Source: a virus. From it: a DNA stretch of 64,000 nucleotides. The notes under the pieces are model-generated. The model ran no database searches, was not told the DNA's origin, and saw only the letters and a program-made list of their open reading frames with translations. This document shows positions 35,501 through 39,419 of the stretch, one piece after another. The stretch is taken from IMG/VR virus record IMGVR_UViG_3300035670_000075, positions 1 through 64,000 of that record, one strand, 5' to 3'. Positions within the stretch are counted from its first letter, which is position 1. Each line of letters begins with the position of its first letter. The position numbers and the translations under genes were made by a program.

Positions 35501-35700
35501 TTGGCAAGCTCGGCAAATTGCGCCAAGCCCTCCATGCTTTTCGCCATGCGCTCGGCGTCTTGCATCATCCTCCGCGTGGACTTGTCGAACCGCTCGGCAG
35601 TACGCTCGGCGGCTTCGCCAAGCTTGTCAACTTTCTTGCCAGCGCGATCAATGTCGCTTTCGTTGACGCCAATTTTGTATTCCAAGTCGTGTTCTTGCAT
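11590..35700 (-). CDS. giant tail tape measure protein (8036 aa)
   Basis: TP901-type TMP core at about 33480-34430 (ARSLGQATAFTAKEAADAQYYLGMAG, NVNLEQFYESAKYVAP, LKGSMSGTALR, RLENLAGD); long Ala/Gly-rich amphipathic tracts; C-terminal LPSYDSGS...VHKDEKII; followed by tail-tip genes. Confidence 0.92.
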   Translation of the reverse strand: MQEHDLEYKIGVNESDIDRAGKKVDKLGEAAERTAERFDKSTRRMMQDAERMAKSMEGLAQFAELAKTAREFEQFQKNAVKVSGALDAKSLNQSASAIGNITKQVRELNKELDKTGKKAAGIGGTAVINQKITVSVDGDGVKALDDALTSTQKLKQANEELIKSFQELRAEREKIAALPAPVAANTQADTQALKENTAATREATAASSGHSLMLASMAVSAVRNREEIAKLAVATYGLAQSMNTFTKVSVIMQTLSGLNNILVISYVSLDRLARIASFVQAKIIATSVAAWTMAQNFDRSQLTVANFVTMLRSAGSGIANFIKNFSFKDAFSSFASFLKSAPAQLAGFWGSFKSGAASAYQTSGKHIKEFNADIKDMSGSAKVGEASLGRLIAKTALVGGAVAAAVVGFRTLTKSFDAIVNTGMAFEEAIASVAAVKGININTGDGRKELKLLEDQARSLGQATAFTAKEAADAQYYLGMAGFSTQQIMKSTGEVLNLAAAGGTELARTSDIVSDLMTGFGKSVDELPHMVDVFAKVMSTSNVNLEQFYESAKYVAPISESLGMSFEEMSAAIGLAGDAALKGSMSGTALRQALLRLAAPTKIADKDFQKFANQMIEAGDDIGDLEALADDVGGALSAIGVSAKNSTGGMKSMTELLTEIRERTAHLDEADRAGIYKRIFGMNALTVMDVLVKATGSATKEMGSYADSLKNVDSQTSEMMAKTRLENLAGDVRLYKSALSELQLTIYSGLSPALRFLTQSGTNGIIRLTNAFKFMGEVAAVAAGYVELLTRPLRNVIAFAAEVGKYMAIYFGKGLLDALSPLGDALLTIQGALAAAFEPITTALAPVIAAVQRFVSMLLGLDAASQDSRSTLVFFAGSAHFLGKIIGGVLMAALDGWTKLLVATIDVMGVAIGYFASFGRAAGEGFARAWIAVEPFFTGLMQGMLPSLKIVSAELRVFGDHLSGVFSAFHDTDFLNNMAQSMKPLVEAFKPLAVAVAPTVAGLLLMMDTAGAAQVELVGLASAGEGVGMLLGKGLAEAFRFAAHAMQLMAGGLGALVHLLVIAGRLIGTVAAAINTLFKGEFRFSVLGDALLGIFTDLTKRVKEIDWAALGYRVVNLISAGLSIPGAQLLLKALSAYGKQATAMAIQQSFAILSVVEIAVAAAIKKSMLIIGGVLYSAMNFDYSAFGASLIETFSAGVTSAAQNLWTAIVDVFAWVDRLFPHSPAKEGPFSTIDKAGASLLNTFTFGFLGAGPSLSAAVGIVFGVAFDKMLSLSALFDGRVTFESFANSVKVALIPLKLLGALFDTLVISFAALGLSIFDGTAAFAAFGDALANIWRGFAQYVGSIRWELIADLIVKAMAIGIAGITIAQFMPVVAPLFAGFNGALSLSAISFGTAMTSVFLTGYVKNFLNATGQGIYDLTTGQFAPSKYLSIAMGEQKTVDIKESAYGFFGDAVAAVHDAADSVLAQQKGLLTPVVWIGEWISDELDTAFRGDKTSKEIGGALGRLQKSLSFGNFDIKQALLDTLVAALLGVATLIAKAATNFIDAIDNFTVNVTRSLLRFTRNFFTAFVNGNFFADMGNAFGGLIKDLFGDMGTLLQEAIFNFEMVSLFLLSGMFQEIGRMYFGEMGGLMRYIKNLRAWRQLRAAFYTLAEALHHASLQIFASVLRSLITLTNNLMQQFPFAHIFLTHVRDWALSIFGVGGKVHDYFNYSLVNAVYPAYFAAIKRLQFLMTHKIPVADLAKVLLVALFPQNLMSKKAYATSTYGQVDRVRATLHANLKQIYNVTNSFAKNQPRIWAAILAGVDDFTYTLASRFPALSRTIVQWGPILSQVAESVLEIFTAVWPKNATHLQFLMNRMFIQPLNYFIDALNAQLVRLGQGSAWEQIGRFFAALFKSIPTLSKAALAIFPMLANAFRDLSMVSFQFLTALAQVDQFMLRTFGVSIPVIFMFADALIRLSRVYQEVPASFAVVMRDIGDFSLLWSAFVDMLSDTASTAAGLQQIMGFASFLLMLNPATSTLSLIVLLLSFFSKELLELKDRITDYIGGIDGANEAINKFTRVFRNLDSTRVRVQEGIKSFYMELSKGTLYASVAIQYLIIGISSLASAAAAVSFGAPTIAALAFGSAIGYIVMSIIEFTGSIDKAWEALSEMPKQDKAKNIFDTLNQEAGLFGQNILSIISDLRSQSSTLDKIFSAIIFALKGIAIISASVATASLAINLGAPVAVAYMLAGAVSFAAAKILWFSEAIIGTWESMGDLGQKVFSALSFEFANLALAFMIHPLAPVVIGLIRVIYAFRGEIAQFGQTIADLWENNTVFRYSVIAIVGSLAIFTSASFLAAAASANLFMVFSTLGGTALGALAVFHDEIVVVFKVIDVLLTAISNALATPIGVILALINYLSELAGFLQIISSPFKLFAAYIEEVFGIDVSGFAHDFIGATQDIAETIKTYLIGALILLGGVLTALAVKWAFNWKRMASAKAKAADYINKNPILMAFGVDDKTVRKNMLAGAKNANEILRGAFCNNKDISKCFGAGVAKGSKSARKSVGNLFKSSDIADKISKGVSDGVNDGVGRSQGIFSRLFKADVNFGDGQQKLTETINRINKLSQMQRELSSEISKYGKGAVLGDSSFTQPRKGRRVSIDDEVMKAARVNDKAAIELLQRVAFLEKEKADGRKTMDHQGFSGKAEAKRMTEILEKYERTHRLSAKDWAQVHKDMPKHYKQASGELRSASHELFRNQERGYQLASDEASARILSAKAQRDLVKGELESLKKQRQAIEDNLRKQGKGFWGKSADDELAKIVNRGVRKGMNLEDVLSKQQRVIDKHYKAVAEKASGKAIWFDFGKMIENFFKRWDVAMKRITNPKWLLKRAALSNDGVEEYIANRKREHAVVMNNIKAEREARKAAIAAGRKALFDEAVRSQQGVFSQRMADYQSASNVGILKLRTEETTQTRQDSAARLADRIRVANEELAIMQRKAEKLNAVLGDSQKTRNIAKAIEFQKKLISEHEKQLRVMQGINSATVKTAKTTESVVNEQQKVTKAVKQTASARKGIDVDGYAFTKQTKKPATHWKNDADFYSTVKSYDPIQPKFKPKRYAATLSELEQLQKLNLSQINKFNKETERKIQAMWGGLSEERNRLIASVDKMVKPSGSKEPIPLNEYINKKLTDYRGRLDKELDLFESEQRAKAQNLKGKNLLNKATQESMLQAEKSGVKVFEARAPGKSPKMTKEFMALREQMRKQIVSNFVTEHQAALTAFKKMQSKRERAYLEQLLVGNLRGKDEAGKSLMPVKFSIDALEDTYDLQEKTIRAKRAASLDALDRYYVQEQQRIAIGAGHGVKERLDAEGKLQSQLDVYRESSKAADVRFYENQVYGLKTYKESVEKEIRSLGMRNSDLAWDKKRAKENKEESDLISKQIKANHDRVNLLNEHLRTINKEGKEALSALKQIEPYYKGTTIRSIDSLPQRRVDSELPIKNTNAEFKKMLGEDSATIREITALTHEIRRLNTKLDLFTKENRAFANRLGALTRKEKKSPLSTDELKERAELQRNIKRNQEFRDETNKELRALESKLKSNTADPARGIKTGKCIPVCGYSQSTSKMQKQVDAHLADLKARVPELSKAIGEVKLTKFGERELSMLRPDVAADRLQRGEVTPGLARYNETTGKTDIFLNKAAFKMSKMADNLAVLSHEAGHALDNHLSRTDSKRHAAFVAANKDAFAQVSAYAKTNSREAFAEAFRATVHGAPVGGMGSVANRQSPIANYGDAAPGIAAYNKELTNTTHQSQLVNQQLSRFPTLTKAGSAGLKTMSFALKGVALAASFATGMIGAMAMEMAFMFAFEYIMNNMDDIKFEFMYMVDTVKKYLGIMEAALVAFSSSPWVAPLISSLDAVTRQIRENFTNSMSYVANFATQAQQSLQTLFSGMDYSAMLVSLRGMFDVAAVAVRDGVDYLYKLFTDMLSSLALAIGDTFSSEVTGALLHATQTTGEHITKGNVWVFDGVTGGIISALAPAGAALAASNNPLAQGAVALGNNISGAFHSLPPRVQDALKALLVELTFATRAIKFISNGLKRGISAIFDAFGENIVRAVEPIREGVAQIKSAVSGLSLNAKMPSLGAFKLPEIKLPSLNLATVTDGIGNAFKAAFTTVKGAVQSGLDGAIQYAKGLWTGFINWLKTTENGLIAPVRSAFDKLRGIFDEIKLLSESIAARWNGMWSPVQNIVKAISADMLVILALTMKFGAAAGIWGGFAVAVVKLAWAFREELLSAVQSVWLAIKDIGSSLYNLWNGLGEGGQMLVMITAGIMGAYTAIKMFAIPAIVAFMATLTPMQLMAARLSIAFTLIAALKDDWAAFAEEHKVLANTIAWSIGIFVGVPVVMLAMQNAYILARTAVTAYQLAQIAASKVTQASMLTLIKGTAIWRGWALAVMVATSPVTATVLAVAAGVAVLVAALYGLYKVGKLIVGTLLAIPKATLGIGAAIITTIAEGVASAAQSLWDAISGVFGWVWNLFPGSDAKEGPFSSLTASGMGMMQAFSEGITNGAKYLWDAVKSAFSGAIDWVKSLFGKPELSIPEVSMPKAGGKPVANDEFQKSLEYVDNDLRRIIDKENELAVAVKQVNQAAVDAAESLRQRKIAEEIQSLSKESKKVAQEQRKEIEKLDKEIGKLGFSDEMIKLNELRDTLAKGKEGWFGIGGSDALGADAVAREIEVVASLMQERVAKEAIKEIQQDINKLKKDELNTSDAISTLREIGAGNNNIHLQRLQAVIKEREELEQAAEATKQRAQAEKEALKAIQDTEKAIAQAGMSERDKFVDDLLRQNISVDVAMNLVSKRDQSESAKYLAAAQEKLLQESMTERGWAKYQAELQGVDAETIMLTETIYDQVDAEKARKMAAEDAVRAQKELTDSYKSKIQAARDELALSKLTGHALELEKIRRDIGAKATLEQAKSLYDLQAAQQKQVISKYLAGDDSLKEQAKQASAMLAEYNKFIAEENNLAEARKRNNELFKNIAQEQEGIANQSMLGIVTGGFGNLDMVKSYWADLGTSIVSTFSGAWQSVHDTWMGLFDSETRAINKRNAEFDAMAKRGESMALPEINSDYEKLLFGIGIALVPLIAGFAGFAGANLQVAAAISVVTAGLSFFSGVISPVIDSVMNTEDSFGALSDVLLTTVAPIGLLALNIIKLERGAKNGASLIGMLLAPTEILRNLMSGLSDVMAKRLKLGFVIVISILSLLVSLADNAYDRFFVLFKVLFSLSTILIGLRTVFVALEAGISSSNAKLKILFGVLSMVGGAAVMLGSVFGRLDDSIKQAGGETARFWLDFYKNISAGEAVMYAAMLGFASSIVMSMLTALNAKFTATFLVSFVANYMKSVLAAFASGGALSALSAAMQPLLLTLGMLIGKVQLLSASFAVAYKQGGLMAGMQAILAPLTTLWNALTLGVFRYSAATIGASKTTAMFSFVARVAAGAMALLSASMGAFTTIVTMISLAGAATAVYVDGWSALLGPIEQGIKLLAVITAFSLAFFRTQTIWLIKTTALWLAQNTMLGRAVTWYGLMAVSALRASAAGRVAAAAMSSAWAAALLPITMIIVAVMAIGDAFFGIESPISDALDIARSYVTDFYEWVANIDWSGIFTGIRDSAFGVLAKFSGHDFTDLDESAKNINTRTQMVQGKVVTPEVENLRSKVFDDKVSEIRLKKQEEELGKWQKRQKEIFDQLHEDSKGWFSDKASKEEISKLSEILMLEEQVGELKKMNADIDKEIANLGLDAVTIKINQMKEEGWKGDLKSYEQKLRDKALIEGYIDAENKRSQALALSVKMSISLAEAQKRMKMAQEGVTEAGANEAIHREKLNNFNEELNTLMSEQKNIGLTDEQIKLNQLTEDYGSRILAQVVQNIQNANAAMGDMRSHMQDITNSIKGMADEMATLGMNSADAQLFQDQQRIAKNIADMRAAPNADQAAIAAEEERLKNLAQVRRDVSIITEHQKEQHKLQQAISFAGLDELQRYREERKLIYGNIAGAEAMVEADVRRKAAEMAINQAKIDGAKAAKDSAKEEKKELSESEKLREKLNKQVIEHNLVMGNITEDQRFILDLENEYGAEVVKSNMDLVNRTVELRKQAEAAKLLQDASKNLAVAGMSEGEKFAYEQKDKGVDAGTILGVQAMNAQADVANELKALEVERIKNNKSLTTYQQLLFEYEQKHGKAAANLNKEKIQQLALEKDRANLAGVIDGMNEELKLLGMSRKEQTDYNYLRDQGLQHADEGTQNLILAQREYIDSVKESQDFWYGVQDAVSQSFAEIMSGQKSASDGFKDMGNSLKDMFTQRLTAMYKKQVDSVLDQLFGQESNPRVAADMEVVNSAGAVAQSFNMLAAQSMNAAAMIGAAPQNWTVPGSQQDEMIQAQNEGLFGGDVAKSMKTGISGMWDTAKGWVSKSFPDATKWLGGIKDWGMEKLGNIGKSLGMDKLFSSSGGLGKLGSVPWMDIGSSLLSFANGNWQKGIVDGIAAGVSMIPGWGTAAGFAIKALSSFVSFDKSYRLDDISAKGSLRDVEVGVNRSRKKTFGGRRHQYDAYNAETGGFGTGTKDQLTGDWVGYAEMAKGVYDPLAAFASQLDSMVSSVGQMFGQDILTIFQAEFNPELDVKGKDDLQEQLQTWMEETGQDALQFAIQHLDASKMTGVNKAMLTYMQGLGDELTGDNFNQIAGDFQQLGTVFQQAGFDVNLLTKEFIDLSGGLGTLTANTQSFYENFYSESERNSKQFATTSAQFANIFSNFGIDAIAAANGIQMSADGLPATREQYRLLVESLDLTTVEGQNAYNALTSMAGQMGVFYTAKEGLKDLTDTLKDLGVKGAGGLTFDDVQGVGVENIQALATNFSTEFEQRLAVFNKAGREISESNILQTFDELGIAVPRNAIEMENLMNSLDMENESHKKLALQLAANQEAVISYVNSLAEFGTEVQVFASQLLDLRNQFSASDVSGILKSSVMDASSAEEAGQRASHAFSAMFAERMMDTVFNSVSQMIMQGVIMPMINGTIAQSNMIITGGTAAGANLTASGATAGGELEDSGVRFYNDVADASGGIKKDYTDIKKKIKDAIDVYAEVMNDPEIKSAIEGVSDVMGYAAENLYTAVAPMNSFVTANQSFLDGLNETKDTTEETAKELFDFAEWQKKLKETYLGASSDIEKVAVALKDTGFTAASSADILSSATDEQLRDYAKFFKLADDEFTSFADGVLETLKGLMDWQQSLRQTYLGEQTQAQQTAMTAINSDVGADDLAAILSQASGADLIELAGYFAMGLEEFKGFADDVLKIVDETTGKLNDFRDKLGSTYLDGKTAAQTTGLDLLNQGFSETDIAGLLSSMSNAEITALAQSLGMGLDEFISFADDTLSVMSDGNQALEDLQREREMMMLTGIDRELRELELSYAKQREGLNGNNQALAVAEEIYQQQRIDIFKSHAETMIGEYRDMLGGIEELSQDLRAQITELTDFRTDTQKLADAKSAFESLQYVAGDADSVKSAITVHDEYRNAVMTSAQTMFDATQELISSAQSLRGSIANDIKEIGGKKRFEGLGVTEQIDLLQGDLDSAVASGDFAQQLEIAEQVRGLISNRLDEQLNKEQEVYQAQKENYDNLMKYAKELRDYVDSLMLSDKSTLTNAERMAEAEKQYRQTLNLAKGGDEDAISKLKTVSDQFLTEAQSFYASSAPYSDIFSMVTGDLSGFAGQLESNAGSMPSDPLSNGVYSAQTQKLYDEAIKQLQALDEIALGAEVGLQQQLEAQKTETALTLEGIDSSLLTMSTATATDLGFELFNLGNSIGIGLGQITSAVTLMHESLGNYAAQVQLQIQAYSDSQSAAQVAAQAAAQAITQVSAQQSSAVQTQQSDDPALYAVIREWTDNQIAQNGLTDQTLRYIEQAAIANNVSTAQIGTAYGVDAGEIDKIFEAARTYGIDNLPSYDSGSAGLAADQVARVHKDEKIIDPVSSRILSDYGIRVQSDGGDDEETKQLLRDLLAELRALREENAGDAQAQTDAIVRALTRLGKEDLDALKREIEKERRTRSKK

Positions 35701-35735
35701 ACTAAAAGCCTAGTGTTTATGCGGTTCGATTGGGT

Positions 35736-35744
35736 ATTATAGCA
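35736..35744 (-). promoter_or_regulatory. extended -10 promoter candidate for the TMP operon
   Basis: TGCTATAAT on the minus strand, 35 nt upstream of the TMP ATG. Confidence 0.55.
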
Positions 35745-35759
35745 TTGGTTTACTGTGTG

Positions 35760-35788
35760 TTGACAAATTTGTTAGCGGCGTTTATTAT
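35760..35788 (+). promoter_or_regulatory. sigma70-type promoter for the rightward island
   Basis: TTGACA-17 nt-TATTAT. Confidence 0.7.
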
Positions 35789-35850
35789 GCTTGTCGCTGT
35801 TTGTGTTAACTTAAATCGCCTAGCAATTAACGATCATCGTGGAGATTACA

Positions 35851-36087
35851 ATGTTTAATCGCTTTAATCTTGATTACAGAAAACCCGCCAATAAAGGCGG
35901 GGAAAAACGAGAGCCGGTGATGAATTTAGCTGAACTAGCAAGGGTGACAGGTAAAAGTCGTTCAGTTTTAGAACTACGCTTGAAAAAAGCAAACCCGCCA
36001 TTAGAGGTGAAACTAATATTGAAAGGTAAAAAATATTACAGTCGTGAAGAGATGTTAAAATTGGGCAGTAGTATTGGAGTCGAGTAG
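35851..36087 (+). CDS. small HTH/excisionase-like DNA-binding protein
   Basis: MNLAELARVTGKSRSVLELRL...KKYYSREE; GGAG RBS. Confidence 0.55.
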   Translation: MFNRFNLDYRKPANKGGEKREPVMNLAELARVTGKSRSVLELRLKKANPPLEVKLILKGKKYYSREEMLKLGSSIGVE

Positions 36088-36120
36088 TGTGTTTTCCGGA
36101 TCAATAAGGAAATTAATAGA

Positions 36121-36321
36121 ATGGACAAGCCAAGCCCAATCAAAGCAGAGTTAAGCGCCAGACTGATTCCAATTGCGCCGCAAGGTTTTCGACTGTTAAA
36201 GACAAAGGACAGGACACAGAACGGCGATTATTTTTATGTCCACGGGCATTGGCATCCGGTGTTCAAGGCGGGCGTGGAGATGGATGCTCGGTGTACGCAA
36301 CATTGTAGACCAGGTGGTTAG
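36121..36321 (+). CDS. hypothetical protein
   Basis: AAGGA RBS; 66 aa. Confidence 0.6.
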   Translation: MDKPSPIKAELSARLIPIAPQGFRLLKTKDRTQNGDYFYVHGHWHPVFKAGVEMDARCTQHCRPGG

Positions 36322-36322
36322 T

Positions 36323-36769
36323 GTGACTGATAAAAAACAAAACCAGTTGAATCAAATCAAAGAGTTCATCAACTCTCAAACCTTCAGCGAAATAGCGCCG
36401 CTGGTTGCGCACGCGATTAATCTCGGCTACCTCAGTTTTGATGGACTTGCGTATCCTGATGAAATCTCAAAAGCGCTGCGCAGAATGCGCAAGGTTGCGA
36501 AGCGTGAGACGCATAAGATTGTCAAAGCTTGCAATGCGGCAATCTCGTCTGGTTTCGTGTCGTTTGACGGTATCGTGACAAAAGATAATGTCGAGTTATT
36601 TTTTAAGTCTGCGCTTAAGCAGTTGGGAGATGGCTCTGGCGGCGGCATGGGTAGAATTGCCAATATGCTCTTAAGCAGTGGCTACAATTCTGAATTCAAG
36701 CCAATCAGTGATGAGTTTATTCTTAAGGTCAAGAAGAAGCTGATTGAAATGATGTTGAGTAATGGGTGA
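36323..36769 (+). CDS. hypothetical protein
   Basis: GTG directly after the upstream stop chosen as start. Confidence 0.65.
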   Translation: MTDKKQNQLNQIKEFINSQTFSEIAPLVAHAINLGYLSFDGLAYPDEISKALRRMRKVAKRETHKIVKACNAAISSGFVSFDGIVTKDNVELFFKSALKQLGDGSGGGMGRIANMLLSSGYNSEFKPISDEFILKVKKKLIEMMLSNG

Positions 36770-36782
36770 TTGAGAGGCAGCT

Positions 36783-37688
36783 ATGAACCAGGTCTTATTT
36801 GGCGACTGCCGCGACAGCATGAGAAAGCTTATTGCTGACGGCGTGAAGGTGCAGACGTGCATTACGTCGCCACCTTATTATGGCTTACGTGACTATGGGC
36901 ATGAAGGGCAAATTGGACTGGAAGAAAAACCAAGCGAGTATGTTGGTAAGTTGGTGGAAGTGTTCTCGCTGGTGTGGGATTTGTTGGTTGATGATGGGGT
37001 GATGTGGGTTAATCTTGGGGATAGCTACGGAGGAGATAGAGGGAATGTCAGCCACGCTCCTGATAACAAACACAAACATAATGCTGCCGATACTCCGGGT
37101 AAATCGAAAAGTGGTACGTTAAGAAAACAGCTTCTTGGCATCCCGTGGCGCGTAGCATTCGCATTGCAAGATGCTGGCTGGTATTTGCGTCAAGACATCA
37201 TCTGGAGCAAGCCTAATGCAATGCCGGAAAGCGTTACTGATCGCTGTACGAAATCTCATGAGTATGTTTTCTTACTAGCCAAGCAAGAACGGTATTATTT
37301 TGATAACGAGGCGATAAAAGAGAAAGCTAATCCAGATAGTTCTATTCGCGACAGAGATGCGACCAGACTTAACAACACGCCAGGCAGAACAAAAATGGGT
37401 GGACTCAAGAAAAACGATTACGAAATGAGAAATAAGCGCAGCGTATGGACAGTGCCAACCAAGCCATACAGCGGCGCGCACTTCGCAGTATTCCCGCCAG
37501 CGCTTATCGAACCTATGGTGTTGGCGAGTACGCGCGCTGGTGATATTGTGCTTGACCCGTTTTTAGGTAGCGGCACGACCGCGCAAGTGGCGCAAGACTT
37601 GGGGCGCAACTGGATAGGCTGCGAACTTAACCCGGATTACGCGCAACTGCAACAGCAGCGCACAGCGCAGCAGGCGTTGTGCTTGTGA
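36783..37688 (+). CDS. DNA amino-methyltransferase, N4C/N6A beta class
   Basis: TSPPY catalytic motif precedes the VLDPFLGSGTT SAM-binding motif; IIWSKPNAMPESVTDR. Confidence 0.92.
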   Translation: MNQVLFGDCRDSMRKLIADGVKVQTCITSPPYYGLRDYGHEGQIGLEEKPSEYVGKLVEVFSLVWDLLVDDGVMWVNLGDSYGGDRGNVSHAPDNKHKHNAADTPGKSKSGTLRKQLLGIPWRVAFALQDAGWYLRQDIIWSKPNAMPESVTDRCTKSHEYVFLLAKQERYYFDNEAIKEKANPDSSIRDRDATRLNNTPGRTKMGGLKKNDYEMRNKRSVWTVPTKPYSGAHFAVFPPALIEPMVLASTRAGDIVLDPFLGSGTTAQVAQDLGRNWIGCELNPDYAQLQQQRTAQQALCL

Positions 37689-37707
37689 TGGTAGAGGATT
37701 AATAGCT

Positions 37708-38256
37708 ATGCAACAGGCAAAAAACATAGAAGGCTATTCTGGTGATGCAGGATGGTTTTGCGACATGTCATTGGATGCGCAAATTATTAAAAAATTTGGC
37801 GTTCTCGACCCTGGGTTGACACTGATGTATTTGATTCGCAGATTCGGCTTCCCGCTGCATGGCTGCGACGAATACAAAGAAATTGCGCAATGGCTAATAA
37901 CAACCGCGCACGACGGAATTATATTGGGTGTGTCACCTAAGCCGCATAGAGTTTATTTTCATTACTTGGCATCTAAGCAGTTAATAAGCAGTTTATACTC
38001 CTCAGACGAGGCAGAAAAAACAAAAACTCAGGAATTTGTTTTGCTTCATTTGATTAATGCTGTCGAAGATATGATTAACAAACCAATCTCTGTCAGAGAC
38101 ACTTGGTTTAACCCAATTGCAACTGGCGATCATCTACTTGATGGACACATCCCTGAAGATGATGACGATGACTTTATCAATGTCGCTGAGCGTCACGTAT
38201 CCAGTGGATATGGACTTTTGTTCTGGAATGAAAAAGGCTTCGACATTGATTTGTAA
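37708..38256 (+). CDS. hypothetical protein
   Basis: 182-aa ORF with GAGGA RBS. Confidence 0.75.
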   Translation: MQQAKNIEGYSGDAGWFCDMSLDAQIIKKFGVLDPGLTLMYLIRRFGFPLHGCDEYKEIAQWLITTAHDGIILGVSPKPHRVYFHYLASKQLISSLYSSDEAEKTKTQEFVLLHLINAVEDMINKPISVRDTWFNPIATGDHLLDGHIPEDDDDDFINVAERHVSSGYGLLFWNEKGFDIDL

Positions 38257-38443
38257 ATGCTGCGGTAAAGAATTTCCGCAAACCAGCACGCCAAAAATAT
38301 ACTGCTCGCGGGCTTGCGCGATACGAAAGGTAGGGATGCCACAAATTATTGGCAAGGAGAAAAGAAAAAAGCTGCGTAAACAGGGTGTGTGGTATACTGA
38401 AAAACAAGTTCCTTTAGGGGACTTGGTTGATTACAATGAATAA
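38228..38443 (+). CDS. small zinc-finger protein
   Basis: CKCCGKEF...YCSRAC. Confidence 0.6.
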   Translation: MKKASTLICKCCGKEFPQTSTPKIYCSRACAIRKVGMPQIIGKEKRKKLRKQGVWYTEKQVPLGDLVDYNE

Positions 38444-38502
38444 ACAGAATCTCGTTGGCATCCGTTTCCAGGTATCGGTAAAACCTGGATGATTTTAGAG
38501 TG

Positions 38503-38569
38503 TATTTACAAATCCATATTGTCGCGCGCTTCGACAAGCTCAGCGAGCGGCAATATGGATTTGTAAATA
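38503..38569. repeat. 28-bp stem hairpin immediately upstream of tmRNA
   Basis: TATTTACAAATCCATATTGTCGCGCGCT / AGCGAGCGGCAATATGGATTTGTAAATA, 2 non-Watson-Crick positions, 11-nt loop. Confidence 0.85.
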
Positions 38570-38577
38570 GATTTTAC

Positions 38578-38914
38578 GGGGACGACAAGGCTTCGACAGT
38601 GTGAGTGAGGTATGTCGTGCAGGTAGGTGAGAGTGTCACCTTAAAAAAACTCAAACCAGCAATCGCAAACGACGAACGCTACGCCGTAGCTGCTTAAGCT
38701 ACGCTGCATCGCGGCGGTGCTTGTATACCGCGAATCGCAGTCATTTACAAGATCGTCATGCCTGATGTCTGCGACGGCTTGATTAAATCGGCGGACTCTC
38801 CGCGCCTAAGCCTTTCGCTCGGCGTCGTCGCGGTAACCCAATAGAGCGAATAAACCTGTAGATCGGCATGGTGAAACATGCTGGACGTGGGTTCGATTCC
38901 CACCGTCTCCACCA
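38578..38914 (+). ncRNA. ssrA: tmRNA, one-piece, 337 nt; tag ANDERYAVAA
   Basis: 5' GGGGACG pairs with 3' CGTCTCC-ACCA including the G3-U alanine identity pair; T-arm GTGGGTTCGATTCCCAC; resume codon GCA 38665 to TAA 38697. Confidence 0.95.
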
Positions 38915-38938
38915 TGTTTATTTTTAACCCATATAAAA

Positions 38939-39133
38939 ATGCCTGAAGAAAAAGATAGGTACTGTTCGTTTTGTGGACAGCCTAGCGACATCGTGGATTT
39001 GCTTATCGCCGCGCCTGGAGAGCAGGCGTTTATCTGCAATGAGTGCGTGGTGTCATGTGTTGACCTAATCAATAAAGTTTACATCGAGAGACGCAATGGG
39101 AAACAGAACAAACGCAAAGAAGTTCAGAGCTAA
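38939..39133 (+). CDS. stand-alone ClpX C4-type zinc-binding domain protein
   Basis: YCSFCG...LIAAP...ICNECVVSCVDLI mirrors the ClpX N-domain (YCSFCG...LIAGP..ICDECVDLCNDII); no ATPase domain. Confidence 0.85.
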   Translation: MPEEKDRYCSFCGQPSDIVDLLIAAPGEQAFICNECVVSCVDLINKVYIERRNGKQNKRKEVQS

Positions 39134-39419
39134 TCTACGCCAACGCACGACTGAAGCACTCCTCCAACATTCAAAGCAGATGCTCGCGGGAGTAGCCGCC
39201 GAAACCAAAGAAGATGCGGCTATCAATACGCCGGTCGATACTGGTGAACTGCAAGAAGGATGGGATACTGAAGCTTCTGACAATGGGCTTACGCAGTCAA
39301 TTTTTAATGACACCCCGTATGCGAACGAGCGTGAGTTTGCGCCTGGCGGTGGCATGTTGCGCATGGCGACGTTGCCCGGCGTAATGGAAGATCGCGGAAA
39401 GAGGCACTGGAACAAATGA
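39096..39419 (+). CDS. HK97 gp10-like neck/tail completion protein
   Basis: TPVDTGELQEGW...NDTPYA...E motif. Confidence 0.75.
   Translation: MGNRTNAKKFRANLRQRTTEALLQHSKQMLAGVAAETKEDAAINTPVDTGELQEGWDTEASDNGLTQSIFNDTPYANEREFAPGGGMLRMATLPGVMEDRGKRHWNK

Noticed and set aside
11794-35742. Numerous short ORFs overlapping the TMP
   Set aside because: Antisense or alternate-frame by-products of a long biased coding sequence
38880-38914. tRNA gene or prophage attachment boundary
   Set aside because: It is the tRNA-like 3' end of the tmRNA; phage genes lie on both sides, and no duplicate of this end or integrase was seen in the window
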